Below, in pieces: positions 23,301 to 33,489 of a stretch of DNA of 64,000 nt (its first letter is position 1; every line of letters begins with the position of its first letter). The translations under genes and the position numbers were made by a program. The notes beneath the pieces were generated by a model. That model did no database searches. It saw only the letters and a list, made by a program, of their open reading frames with translations, and had not been told where the DNA came from. The stretch covers positions 97,590,001-97,654,000 of the forward strand of contig NC_086107.1 in the NCBI RefSeq assembly GCF_963921235.1. The letters run 5' to 3'. Source of the DNA: Mobula hypostoma (lineage: Eukaryota).

Positions 23301-26300
23301 GAGAAGGGGGGAAGATCGAATAGAGTCCTGCTAGGGGGAAGGGGTTAGTCCTGAGGAAGGGAATGGAGAAGTTGGGTGTGGGAGAAGTGGAGAGAGGGTT
23401 GGGGGTGAGGGAGGACGTGATTGGTTCTGGGAGATGGGGAGAGAGGGTTGGGGAGGGAGGAGGTGGTTCGTTCTGGGAGAAAGGGGTGGGGCTGAAGATT
23501 GAACTTATGGTGGAAGAGGGTAGAGTCCTGCTAGGGGGAAGGAGTTAGTCGGGGGAGTGGGGTTGGTCCCAATTGCTGTTCTCGTGGTTCATGTACTCCA
23601 GGAATGTGGAATTCCAGAGGTCCTGTGCAAAGGTGAATGGGGGTGAAATTGATCTTGACTCCCATTGGACCCCCTCGGGGTGCCTGGTTCCAGTGGAGGC
23701 TGCTGGATCGGAGCTCAGAACCCTGCTACAACCTGGGGTCTGTGAGAGCCCTGGGATTGGTGCCGAGGAGGGGGGGGTCAGGGCCCCAGAGGTCAAGGTT
23801 TAGGGGTCAACTGTTAAAGCCCAGAGGTCAGAGAGTGTCCTGGGTACAGGGGGCGGATCTTGGGGGGTCCAGAGATTTGTGAGAGCCCTGGGACACTGCA
23901 GATGGTTTGGGCCGTGTTTTCCAGAAGCTTCTCTTGTTTCCCCCAGCTACTCTCTCTTGAGGTCTTCATTATCGGAGCCATTGCCAAGGCGATTGCCACC
24001 ACGTTAACGTACCCGCTACAGACTGTGCAGTCTTTACTTCGGGTAAGTTGGTCAAGGTTAGCTCGGGGGCTGCCCGACGGTAGGAACGGCTGGGGTTCAC
24101 TTCACGCCTCCCAGCTCCCTGTGCAACGCAGCCCGCAGCCTCTGGTCTGCAGGATTCCCGGCCCGGTTCGGGGGACGCGCACCCTGAGCTCAGCCCTCCG
24201 TCTCCGATGGCCGCACGTCTGACTCCCACCTCTTCCTGGGTCCCTCCTCGGTCCGGTGTATACATCAACCAAGTCCAGGATTTCACAGAACCTCGACAGG
24301 GCGTGAAAGTTGACTTGATCGAGGAGTACAGGATAATGAGAGATGTTAACGAAGTAGAGAGCTAGTGTTTACCCCCCTCCCCAGCATGACAACGGTCAAC
24401 ACCAGAGGGCGTCTGTTTAAAATGGGTGGAGGAAACTAGGGGCGATGTACACAATGGCAAGTGGGCCTGGCTTGCACTTTGGTGGGGGTGTGGGTGTTGG
24501 CAGAGGAGATACAATAGGGACACAAGAGACTCTTAGGCACGTGGATGTAAGAAAAATGGAGGGTTATGGGCTGTGTAGGAAAGGAGTCAGGAGGTTATGT
24601 TGCAACTTCATAAACATCTGGTTAGGCCACATCTGGAGTTCTGAGTACATTTCTGGTCGACCCATAATAGGAAGGACATTGAGGCTTTGGAGAGGGTGAA
24701 GAAGAGGTTTACCAGGATGCTGTCTGGTTTAGTGCTATCATGAGAGGCTGGGCAAAGTTGGGTTGTTTTCTCTGGAGTGTCGGACGGCGGAGGGATTAAC
24801 CCGGGGGCCCCGGCCTAGCTCTGTGTTAATGGGCCTGTTCTCTCTGCTCAGTTCAGCCAGCGGAAGATGGAGCGAGGGAGAGGGATCCTGGGAAGTCTCC
24901 GAAGCATCATCTACCTCTTGAGTCAGAGGGTGAAGTAAGTACGGCCCCTGGCCAGGCCTCGTGCAGGAAGCCACTCGGTCCATCTACTAATGCTGGCCCA
25001 TTTAATCTGTCCCCGTAGCTCAGCACACCTGCCCCTCCCGTCCCAGTTCTTCCTCTGTTAAAGCCACACATCCTCTCATGAGTGCGCAACAGGACAAGGG
25101 TGGGCCATTTGGCCCCTCGCGATCTCCCTGCCCTTCAGTATGTTCATGGTTGGTCTGCCCAGCCCTTGGTAATTGTCTTCCTCTCTCTGTTGTCCAGGCA
25201 GGGGGCTGAGGGGAATGATCTCCCTCATTTTGGGGAGCAATGGGGGACTGGGCCGTCTGGAGTCATTTTGCACGTAGCTAGTCTGGACTCAATGGGCCAA
25301 ATGGCTGCCTTGCTGGCAGTAGATACTGTGCTGTGCAGCCCGCTGGGGTGGAAACAAAAGTCAGTGCGGGCTTTGGAGAGGGAAACGGAGGGGTCTTGGG
25401 GGCCGGTGGTGCAGCAGGGGCTGGAACGGATTCGGAGGGCCGAATAGCCTCCTTTGCTGCAGTGATGACCCCATGGTTCTGGCGGTGACATCTCCCCTGC
25501 ACGTGGAAAACTGACCGGCTAATGGGAGAAGGGGGCTCCTAGCATTGGGTGGGTGGGGAAGTGGGGTGGGTCAGCCTGTGGGGGCTGGAGCGTTCATGGC
25601 CGTGATGACCCAGGTGTGGTGAGTGGGAGGTCCCTCTCCTCCCTCCTCCTCCTGACATGCCACCATCACACCGGCCGTCTCCAGCCGATCGGATTCACTC
25701 TGTGTGATTAGAGAGACCCGGGGCTGTAAAGTCTGTGGTATCCAACACCCCAGCCGCTGTACTGAAAAGCTCCCCTGAGAACTGGCTACACTTCTCGACA
25801 ATCTGTTAGTGAATGAACAGTGCCGGCAACTACCTCACAGACTGGGAAATGCCCAGTTCGTGGAAAATAGGGCATCTATTGACTGGCCAACTGTCCGCCC
25901 TCGATTCATGAGCGGAGTGTCAGGCTGTGTCACGGACAACGCCAGCCAGCAGTAGTTATTCTGCAGTGAGCTGCCACAGCCCATTACCCTTGTTCTGGAG
26001 TCCACAACGGGACGGGAGTAGGCCACTCAGCCTCAAACTTGGTCCAAAGGACCGAGGGGAGAAGGGCTGTTCTCGGCTGAGTGCCCTCGTAAATCTGGTT
26101 GGTGGGCGTCAGTGGCAGCAGTCGGAGCCCCGCCCAGAGGGGAAGAAAGGTGGATGTGATTGTTGGTCGATCTTCTCAGCCTCAGGGTGACCCTCAGCCC
26201 AGCCGTCCTCAGCTCCCTCACCGATGACCCATCTTCTATCACGAGGCCAGAAGGGACGACAGCGGAAAGTGCGGTCCCATTCACAACCCCTCTGCAAGGG

Positions 26301-28310
26301 AAGCAGCCCTGGACGGTGTTCGGGCACGGGCTGAGGAGGTGAAAGGTAACGTCGTGGCTCAAGATGCTGGGGAGCTCCCACCCCCAACGAGAGAGGCTCT
26401 ACCACCGCCCTGTGCCCAGTGATATTACCACTGCCACGCTCCACCACCTGCACCCTGGGTTGGCGGGCATCAACCAGAAACTCAACTGGCACTGCCACGC
26501 AGATGCTGTGGGTACAGGAGCTGGGGGTCCTGTAATGAATGACCCCACTCTCCCCAAGGCCCTTCAGCCATCTGGCAGTGTGAATAGGCTCCACTTCGGT
26601 GAGGGCAGCACACGTTCCCCTCGCCCTGCCAACTGCCCGTGTGTGTGAGTGGGGGCATCGGGGGAGAGTGGGGAGAATGGTAGTCGCACGGACTCGGTGG
26701 TCGAAAGCAGCCGCACGACTCCGTACGAGGAGGCCATTTGGCCCCTCAAGTGTATGCTGTGGGGGAAAAAATTCATCAATCCCATCCGCCCAGACGTTTC
26801 CCTTTCCTGTTCTCTTGTGGCTGTCTGCTCTCCCGTGCTTCTCTTCCTGCTCACCCACATCAGAAGTGCGCCACCCCCATTCCCTCACACTACCAGCTGG
26901 TTCCTTGCAGATGGTTGCAGGGCCTGGGGAAGTTGGGGTGGGGGTTAGGTGAGACTGGAACTAGGGGACATAGCCTCAAGAGTCGGGGGAGTAGATTTAG
27001 GACAGAGATGAGGAGGAACTGCTTTTCCCAGAGACTGGTGAATCTGTGGAATTCTCTGCCCGATGAAACAGTGGAGGCTACCTCAATAAATATATTTAAG
27101 ACAAGGTTGGATAGATTTTTGCACAGTAGGGGAATTAAGGGTTATGGGGAAAGGCAGGTAGGTGGAGATGAGTCCATGGCCAGATCAGCCATGATCTTAT
27201 TGAATAGTGGAGCAGGCTCGACGGGCCAGATGGCCGACTCCTGCTCCTATTCCTTATGTTCTTGTGTTTCATTCACCACGGGATCCCCAGCCTCTGGCCG
27301 GCTTCTGTAATCAGGAGTACTTTACTTCAGGCCTTTGGGATTTGGGAAGAATCCCGAGCTCCTGGGGGAAACTTGCGCACTCGCGGGGAGAATGTGCAAA
27401 GTCCACGTAGACAGCGACAGATTGAACCCGAGTCGCTGGAACCGAGAGGCAGACTTTGCGTAACTTCCGTGCTCTCGGAGTTGGAGTTGTACAGCCCTGG
27501 AATAGGCCATTCAGCCTATCACATTGGTGCTTCAAGCCCATCTACACTAATCCCAGTTGCCAGCATCATGCATTCTGTTCCGCTGTTAATAAACCGTGTG
27601 CCTCTTTAGCAGCGTCCTGGACTTGTGCAGCCACACTCGCAGTCTCTGACCCACCCCCTGAGGAGTCTGTGTTGGTCCTTCTGTCAAATATTTCCCCCCT
27701 TTCACCCCAGCCCCCTTCCCCGCACTCTTGTGCAACATATTTTGTCTGCCCCTGCCCCAGTCCGCCTGGGGTTGATTCCAGCTCTGAATTTTACCTGTTC
27801 CCCTCTGGTTTCTGCTCTCACTGAGGGGAGCTGGTAAAACACGGACCTGGAATAGCACTCCTCACTCATCCCTGCACTGTTGAAGGGTTGCCCTTTGAAC
27901 TGGATGGTTAGGGACGAGTTCGGAGAACTGGTCAGATGAAGGGGTAGAGATTAATGCTCTTGAGGATTAGGAGCAAGGATGTTGCAGTGTGTGAAGGACA
28001 TTGTCAGTGAACTTGGGTAAAGTTAGCAGTGCCCCAGTAGAAATGCTCGGCCCCCAGTTCCCATTCTCAGAAACCGCCTGGCCTTCCCCCTCTGCTCAGA
28101 GTTTGTGTTGCGAGCACTGTGACTTTCCAACCACCCATAACCTGCCTCTTCCATCTCCGCAGGAGACAGGGTTTCTGGGGTCTCTACAAGGGCCTGGAGG
28201 CCAAGCTGCTGCAGACGGTCCTGACCTCTGCCCTGATGTTCCTGGTCTACGAGAAGATCGCAGGCTTCATTTTCCGAATCATGGGAGTGGCCCCTCGTGT
28301 GAAAAAATAG
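5272..28310 (+). CDS. SLC25A17: SLC25A17 / peroxisomal membrane protein PMP34 (mitochondrial carrier family), spliced CDS join(5272-5361,14102-14162,17317-17383,19689-19840,21129-21245,22523-22668,23947-24042,24852-24934,28163-28310), 319 aa
   Basis: Nine exons with GT/AG boundaries and compatible phases sum to 960 nt with no internal stop. The translation ([102 protein letters not shown]) is colinear with vertebrate PMP34 as I recall it. Confidence 0.97.
5740..6845 (-). mobile_element. Decayed CR1 LINE RT fragments
   Basis: Minus-strand peptides [32 protein letters not shown]. Confidence 0.8.
6940..7460 (+). mobile_element. CR1 3' fragments
   Basis: Similar to other CR1 3' ends, with gggccgagggcctgttcctgtgc tail. 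Confidence 0.65.
8690..9995 (+). mobile_element. CR1 RT fragment (+) interrupted by a minus-strand CR1 3' fragment (about 9037-9600); resumes near 12050
   Basis: [15 protein letters not shown] on +; [12 protein letters not shown] and [11 protein letters not shown] on -. Confidence 0.8.
10127..11557 (-). mobile_element. Internally deleted hAT (Charlie/SPIN-like) DNA transposon
   Basis: TIRs CAGGGGTCAGCAACCT / AGGTTGCCTACCCCTG (14/16); 8-bp TSD ACATACAC / ACGTACAC; transposase N-terminus ([25 protein letters not shown]) and C-terminal dimerisation region ([22 protein letters not shown]). Confidence 0.9.
12050..13780. mobile_element. CR1 (+) continuation with a younger minus-strand CR1 3' fragment nested at about 13065-13682
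   Basis: Track ORF 13131-13673 (-) is the CR1 RT C-terminus ([37 protein letters not shown]). Confidence 0.85.
14102..14162 (+). CDS. SLC25A17: SLC25A17 exon 2 ([20 protein letters not shown])
   Basis: Pyrimidine tract and ctcgctag acceptor; AAG|GTAAGG donor; carrier signature P-x-D-x-x-R-x-R; 61 nt. Confidence 0.95.
14269..14511. repeat. Short palindromic Penelope pLTR-derived element
   Basis: Arm cagcaggtcaggcagcatctatgggaatgaataa..gttgac is mirrored by gtcaactgtttattcatttccatagatgctgcctgacttgctg. Confidence 0.75.
14940..15320 (+). mobile_element. SINE-like repeat with (GAT)n tail; inverted copy at about 52170-52550
   Basis: Two homologous copies in the window plus fragments at about 36745-37145. 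Confidence 0.65.
15478..15740 (+). mobile_element. Rex1/Babar LINE C-terminal fragment
   Basis: [30 protein letters not shown]; related fragments at 38380-38640, 41900-42275, 52580-53170, 56770-56970. Confidence 0.8.
16113..16335 (+). mobile_element. tRNA-derived CORE-type SINE
   Basis: A box TGGCCAAGTGG, B box GGTTCGAGCC, then CORE-like GTGTCCTTGAGCAAGGCACTTAACC. Confidence 0.75.
17317..17383 (+). CDS. SLC25A17: SLC25A17 exon 3 ([23 protein letters not shown])
   Basis: ttcattacag acceptor; CT|GTGAGT donor; 67 nt. Confidence 0.95.
17425..18060 (-). mobile_element. L1-clade LINE RT fragment with a nested short 3'-tail repeat (about 17765-17930; also at about 8580-8685)
   Basis: [29 protein letters not shown]-like segment. 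Confidence 0.75.
19689..19840 (+). CDS. SLC25A17: SLC25A17 exon 4 ([50 protein letters not shown])
   Basis: ctccgcag acceptor; TG|GTGGGT donor; 152 nt. Confidence 0.95.
21129..21245 (+). CDS. SLC25A17: SLC25A17 exon 5 ([39 protein letters not shown])
   Basis: tgttccag acceptor; TGG|GTACGT donor; 117 nt. Confidence 0.95.
22523..22668 (+). CDS. SLC25A17: SLC25A17 exon 6 ([49 protein letters not shown])
   Basis: gtgttacag acceptor; GAG|GTATGG donor; 146 nt. Confidence 0.95.
22859..23470 (+). repeat. G-rich 46-bp minisatellite in SLC25A17 intron 6, about 11 copies
   Basis: Unit GGGAGGGAGGACGTGATTGGTTCTGGGAGAAGGTGGGAGAGGGTTA; CGTG at 22871, 22917, 22963 (period 46). Confidence 0.93.
23947..24042 (+). 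CDS. SLC25A17: SLC25A17 exon 7 ([32 protein letters not shown])
   Basis: tttcccccag acceptor; CGG|GTAAGT donor; 96 nt. Confidence 0.95.
24852..24934 (+). CDS. SLC25A17: SLC25A17 exon 8 ([27 protein letters not shown])
   Basis: tctctgctcag acceptor; AA|GTAAGT donor; 83 nt; matches the LGSLR-x-I-x-YLL-x-QRV segment; absent from the ORF track. Confidence 0.92.
26950..27262 (+). mobile_element. CR1 3' end
   Basis: [33 protein letters not shown] and ctcctattccttatgttctt tail. Confidence 0.85.
28163..28310 (+). CDS. SLC25A17: SLC25A17 exon 9, terminal coding exon ([48 protein letters not shown])
   Basis: catctccgcag acceptor; TAG at 28308-28310. Confidence 0.96.
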
Positions 28311-29103
28311 CGAGCGAAAGAGCTACCTCAGGGACACTGTCCGTCTCCCCCTCTCGCCCTCGCCGGAGGAGCGCTGCAGAAGCGAGGCCACGTGTCGCGT
28401 GAGAGGAAAACTGAAGGGTAAACCCGTTGGGTTCACGGATGACCCACTTTGACAGGGAGCTACCTTTGGTTGAGGTCAAACATGTTGGTGTTTATTAAAA
28501 TGAACTTTCGGTTCCGGTGCCTCTCCAGCGTCCTCGCTGCCTGGCCTGTGTGTAAGTTCCTTTGTGGTGAATGAAGTTACTGGTCCCCTTCGCCGGGAAT
28601 GGCAGCTCCCTCGCTCCGGGTAATTTGGGAGCTGGCTGCCCGCTGCCCGAGGGATCGACAGGAAGGTCGTCACCAGGAGCTGGACATCTTGCCCCTCAGC
28701 AACGACAAGAGATGCTGCAGGTGCCTGAAATCGAAAGCAACACGTAGAAACTGGTCAGGAGCTCAGCAGTCAGGCAGCGTCTGTGGAGAAGGATAAACAG
28801 TTGGCCTTTTGGGCCGAGACCCCACGTCTTCGTGAAGGGTCTCGGCCCGAAACGTTGACTCTTTATTCCTCTCCGTAGGTGCTCCCCAACCCGCTGAAGG
28901 CCCTCCAGCATTTTGTGTGTATTGATCTGGCCTCGCCAGCCTGCTCCCCTCCAGAGGCTGAGCTACAGCACAAATACAGGCCCTTCGGCCCATTTGCCAT
29001 CTGCGTTCTTCATGTGACCTGCCGTCGTAAACTTCCTGTGATTCAAGTCAGCCAGGCTTTTGTTCAGAATGTAGATGTAGAGGCATCATTAGTGTAAAGT
29101 AAC

Positions 29104-29109
29104 AATAAA
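29104..29109 (+). terminator. Candidate SLC25A17 polyadenylation signal AATAAA (alternatives: ATTAAA 28494, AATAAA 29570/29574)
   Basis: First canonical AATAAA I found after the stop codon; usage not verifiable from sequence. Confidence 0.5.
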
Positions 29110-30068
29110 GTGGGGTTGTGAATCTCTCTAACCGAGTCATACAGCAGAGAAACAGCCCCTTTGACCCAAATGATCCACGTCTATCTCATTTGGACCATAT
29201 CTACCTAACACAGGGTTCCCAATCTGGGGTCGGCAGAACCCCTGATTAATGGTATTGGTCCCTGGCATAAAAAGTTTTAGCCCCCGGCTCTGAAGGAATT
29301 TCTGTCTATTCACCTGTCCAATTAAATATCCGCTATGTACCTGCCTCAACCACTTCCACTGGCATCTCTTTGCGTATACGGACCGATAAGTGTGAAGCGG
29401 TAAAGCTCTTTACCCTGAACGTAAGCTGTCTGTTTCCTGCCTGGCCCACTGAGTTCCTCTTAGCAAGGGTTTCCCAAACTTTTTTATACCAAGGAGTCCG
29501 TGGACCCCAGGCTGGCAATCTCTCGTGTTGCTTCAGGTCCCACCACCTGCAGTGTCTTGTGTCTCTGGAAATAAATAAAGTTCCCCTCTAGTTTCTACTA
29601 AACCTCTCACCTTAAACTCGTGCCCTCTAGTGTGTAAGTTACAGAATGGGGGGTGTTTCCGGTGTGAGGGTGCCAGGAGAGCGTGACTGCCTCTCAGTGT
29701 AACAGTGTTGACATGCAGACACTTGGCTTCCGCAGCAACCTTGCAAGTTCTCACAGTTGGACCAGAGCCTGGAGCTCAGTTGGAGGAGTTGCAGCATCCG
29801 GGCCCGGTAACGTTCACACCATTTGACGCAGAGCTCGGACCGGCCTACGGATTATCGTTAACTGCACCACCGTCCGATAGCTCACTGTGGACTGCACCCT
29901 CTGGGGCCAGCCGCGCACTCTAACAGCGCCTTGCGCTGGCAGTCCTCAGGAAAAGGCTGGAGCTGGGATCGTCCCAGTTTAAAGGGACAGGGTGCACCCT
30001 TCCAGCGGCATTGCAGGCTGATGCTCGCTGCTCTGAACTACCGTGTTGCTTAGAAACTTACAAACATA

Positions 30069-30576
30069 CAGTACTGTGCAAAAATCTTAGATACATATAG
30101 AAAGCTAAGGCACCTGAGACTTCTGCACAGTACTGTATTTGTAAACATGCAGCGGAGAGCGAGCTGGCAGGAGCAAAGGATGTTGGGACTGGCGAGGGTG
30201 GAGTGCCACGGGAGGGATGTGGGACAGGTGGCAGAGGAGTGCCAGGAGTGGTGAGAGACATGGGTGCAGCCACACCCAGCCCTGAGACACCAGGCAAAGT
30301 CGTTTGATTCCAAACAATTGGTTTATTGATCATTACAGAATGTCTCTCTGGTGCTTCCTGCCCCCCCCACTTTTTCCCAGCCATGATTCCCCTCTCCCTG
30401 CCCCCTTCCCACTCTCAGTCCACGATAGAGACCCAAATCAGAATCGGGTTTATCATCACTCACAGATGTCATGATTTTTTTTGCGGCAGCAGTACAGAGC
30501 AACGGATACAATTACTACAGTACTGTGTAAAAGCCTTGGGTACCCTAACTGCATATCTGTGCCTAGACTGCACAAT
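30069..30576. mobile_element. Composite element: two mini Tc1/mariner-type hairpin MITEs flanking a core of about 380 bp
   Basis: TA|CAGTACTGTGCAAAA...TTCTGCACAGTACTG|TA at 30069-30135; second unit starts at 30518; homologous inverted copy at 54177-54697. Confidence 0.75.
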
Positions 30577-31019
30577 GAAAACACGAGTACTGGAAAGGTT
30601 CAGTGGGTAAGAGAGATGTGGGAAACAGGACAGGGAGTCTCATTGAGTTTACTGTTCAAGCCAACATATCTTCATCAGTACGTTCCGGTCAGAGGTCCCC
30701 CAGTGACTAGGGGATAGCAGGAGGAGGCCACTCAGCCCTTCAGGTTTCCCCACCAATGTGATCCTGACTGATCTCCTCCGTACCAATTCCCAGTAACACT
30801 CAATACCTCGATTCCCCCCCCCCAACTATTTACCTATCTCCACTTTGAACACACCAAATGACCCAGCCTCCCTCAGGGACAGAGAACTCCGGAGATTCAC
30901 TCCCCCCCCAAAGGAATTTATCCACATCTCCGTATTAATGTCCAGCCTCTTTCTCCCATAGCTGTGTCTCCTTGCTCTTGACTCTCCCGCTAGTGGGAAC
31001 ATTCCAGCATCATCTAAAG

Positions 31020-31742
31020 CAGCGGTCCCCACCCACCAGGCCGCGAGGAAACGAGATGAGTCAGCTGCACCTTTCCTCATTCCCTGTCACGCACTGTTGA
31101 ACTTGAACATAGAGTTGCCAACCGTCCTGTATTTGCTGGGACATCCCATATGTTGGGCTAAATTGGTTTGTCCCATACGGGACCGCCCTTGTCCCGTATT
31201 TCCCCCGCTAAGCTGGAGCGTTCCTATGAAACCTTTTGTGCCGAAATGGCATAAAGCGAAGAAGCAATTACCATTAATTTATATGGGAAGCAGTTTTGAG
31301 CGTTCCCAGACCCAAAAAAAACCTAACAAATAATACATAAAACCTAAAATAACACTAACATATAGTAAAAGCAGGAATGATATGATAAATACACAGCCTA
31401 TATAATGTATGTACAGTGTAGTCGGGAAGATTAAGTCAAAACTGATCTGAGGGGAAAAAATTGGCATGCATGCGCATGCGCACGTCACATATACAGACAC
31501 AGGTGCCCACACAAGGCTTCATGGGCATGGTAGTCTTTCTCGGGGTAAATACTGTCCCGTATTTGACTTCTACTTTTGTCCCTTGTTTGGGAGTGAGAAA
31601 GTTGGCAACCCTAACTGTAAAAGACATGTTGAGGTGAGTTTAACCCCACTTGAACACCCCCCCGCCCCCCCAGTCGGCCAGTCCCCAAGAATATTGTAAA
31701 TATTAAATTGGTCCGCGGTGCAAAGAAGGTTGAGGACCACTG
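31020..31742. mobile_element. hAT (Charlie-type) MITE with perfect 8-bp TSD, carrying an internal second hAT-type MITE (31110-31613)
   Basis: TSD ATCTAAAG at 31012-31019 and 31743-31750; outer TIRs CAGCGGTCCCC / GAGGACCACTG; inner TIRs TAGAGTTGCCAAC / GTTGGCAACCCTA. Confidence 0.88.
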
Positions 31743-31950
31743 ATCTAAAGCCGCCTGAAGATCTTGCATGTTTTAATAGGTAAACTCCGGGGAATACCGA
31801 CCCACATTGTCAGCAGCCAGCTTGGTCTCCCTTCGTCATGTACCTCCCACCAACCCAGGAATCAGTCTGATAAACCTCAGCTGCACCTCAATAACACTCA
31901 CAACACGCTGGAGGAACTCAGCAGGTCGGGCAGCATCCGTGGAAACGATC

Positions 31951-31986
31951 AGTCGACGTTTCGGGCCGGAACCCTTCGTCAGGACT
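31951..31986 (-). ncRNA. Minimal type I hammerhead ribozyme motif in Penelope pLTR
   Basis: Minus strand AGUC-CUGACGA-A-GGG-UUCCGG-CCC-GAAA-C-GUC/GACU: stem I AGUC/GACU, core CUGANGA and GAAA, stem II GGG/CCC, GUC cleavage triplet. Confidence 0.75.
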
Positions 31987-32574
31987 TAAGAGGGAAGGGG
32001 CAGAGGCCCGATAAAGAAGGTGGGGGGGGAGGGTGGGAAGGAGAAGGCTGGGAGGTTCCAGGTGAAAAACCAGTAAGGGGAAAGATAAAGGGGTGGGGGA
32101 GGGGAAGCAGGGAGGTGATGGGCAGGAAAGGTGAAGAAGGAATAGGGAAAACACAATGGGTAGTAGAAGGAGGCGGAACCATGAGGGAAGTGATAGGTAG
32201 CTGGGGGAGGGGGCAGAGTGACATCGGGATAGGGGGAGGGAATTACCGGAAGTTGGAGAATTCTATGTTCATACCAAGGGGCTGGAGACTACCTAGACGG
32301 TATATGAGGTGTTGCTCCTCCAACCTGAGTTTAGCCTCCTCATGGCAGTAGAGGAGGCCATGTATGGACATATCCGAATGGGAATGTGAAGCAGAGTTGA
32401 AGTGGGTGGCAACCGGGAGATCCTGTCTGTTGTGGTGGACGGAGCGGAGGTGCTTGACGAAGCGGTCCCCCAATCTGCGTCGGGTTTCACCGATGTAGAG
32501 GAGACCACACCGGATGCAACAGAAGACCCCAACAGACTCACAAGTGAAGTGTTGCCTCACCTGGAAGGACTGTT

Positions 32575-33489
32575 GGCAAGTTTGCAGACGACACAAAGGT
32601 TGGTGGTGGTGTAGATAGTGTAGAGGATTGTCAAAGATTGCAGAGAGACATTGATAGGATGCAGTAGTAGGCTGAGAAGTGGCAGATGGAGTTCAACCCG
32701 GAGAAGTGTGAGGTGGTACACTTTGGAAGGACAAACTCCAAGGCAGAGTACAAAGTAAATGGCAGGATACTTGGTAGTGTGGAGGAGCAGAGGGATCTCG
32801 GGGTACATGTCCACAGATCCATGAAAGTTGCCTCACAGGTGGATAGGGTAGTTAAGAAAGCTTTATGGGGTGTTAGCTTTCATAAGTCGAGGGATAGAGT
32901 TTAAGAGTTGCGATGTAATGATGCAGCTCTATAAAACTCTGGTCAGGCCACACTTGGAGTATTGTGTCCAGTTTAGGTCACCTCACTATAGGAAGGATGT
33001 GGAAGCATTGGAGAAGGTACAGAGGAGATTTACCAGGATGCTGCCTGGTTTAGAAAGTATGCATTATGATCAGAGATTAAGGGAGCTAGGGCTTTACTCT
33101 TTGGAGAGAAGGAGGATGAGAGGAGACATGATAGAGGTATACAAGATAATAAAAGGAATAGATAGAGTAGATAGCCAGCGCCTCTTCCTCAGGGTACCAC
33201 TGCTCAATACAAGAGCACATGGCTTTAAGGTAAGGGGTGGGAAGTTCAAGGGGGATATTAGAGGAAGGTTTTTTACTCAGAGAGTGGTTCATGTGTGGAA
33301 TGCACTGTCTGAGTCAGTGGTGGAGGCAGATACACTAGTGAAGTTAAGAGACTACTAGACAGGTATATGGAGGAATTTAAGGTGGGGGCTTATATGGGAG
33401 GCACGGTTTGAGGGTCGGCACAATATTGTGGGCCGAAGGGCCTGTACTGTGCTGTACTATTCTATGTCTATGTCTATGTCTATGTCTAT
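32575..33489 (+). mobile_element. Young 5'-truncated CR1 LINE nested in the Penelope element
   Basis: KFADD-region through RT C-terminus; (TATGTC)n tail; TSD GACTGTT at 32568-32574 and 33490-33496. Confidence 0.92.

Noticed and set aside
22859..23470. CRISPR-like array
   Set aside because: Head-to-tail tandem units without unique spacers, inside a vertebrate intron
26109..26888. 259-aa minus-strand ORF in intron 8
   Set aside because: No recognisable domain in GC-rich DNA; the opposite strand holds a decayed LINE RT remnant ([13 protein letters not shown])
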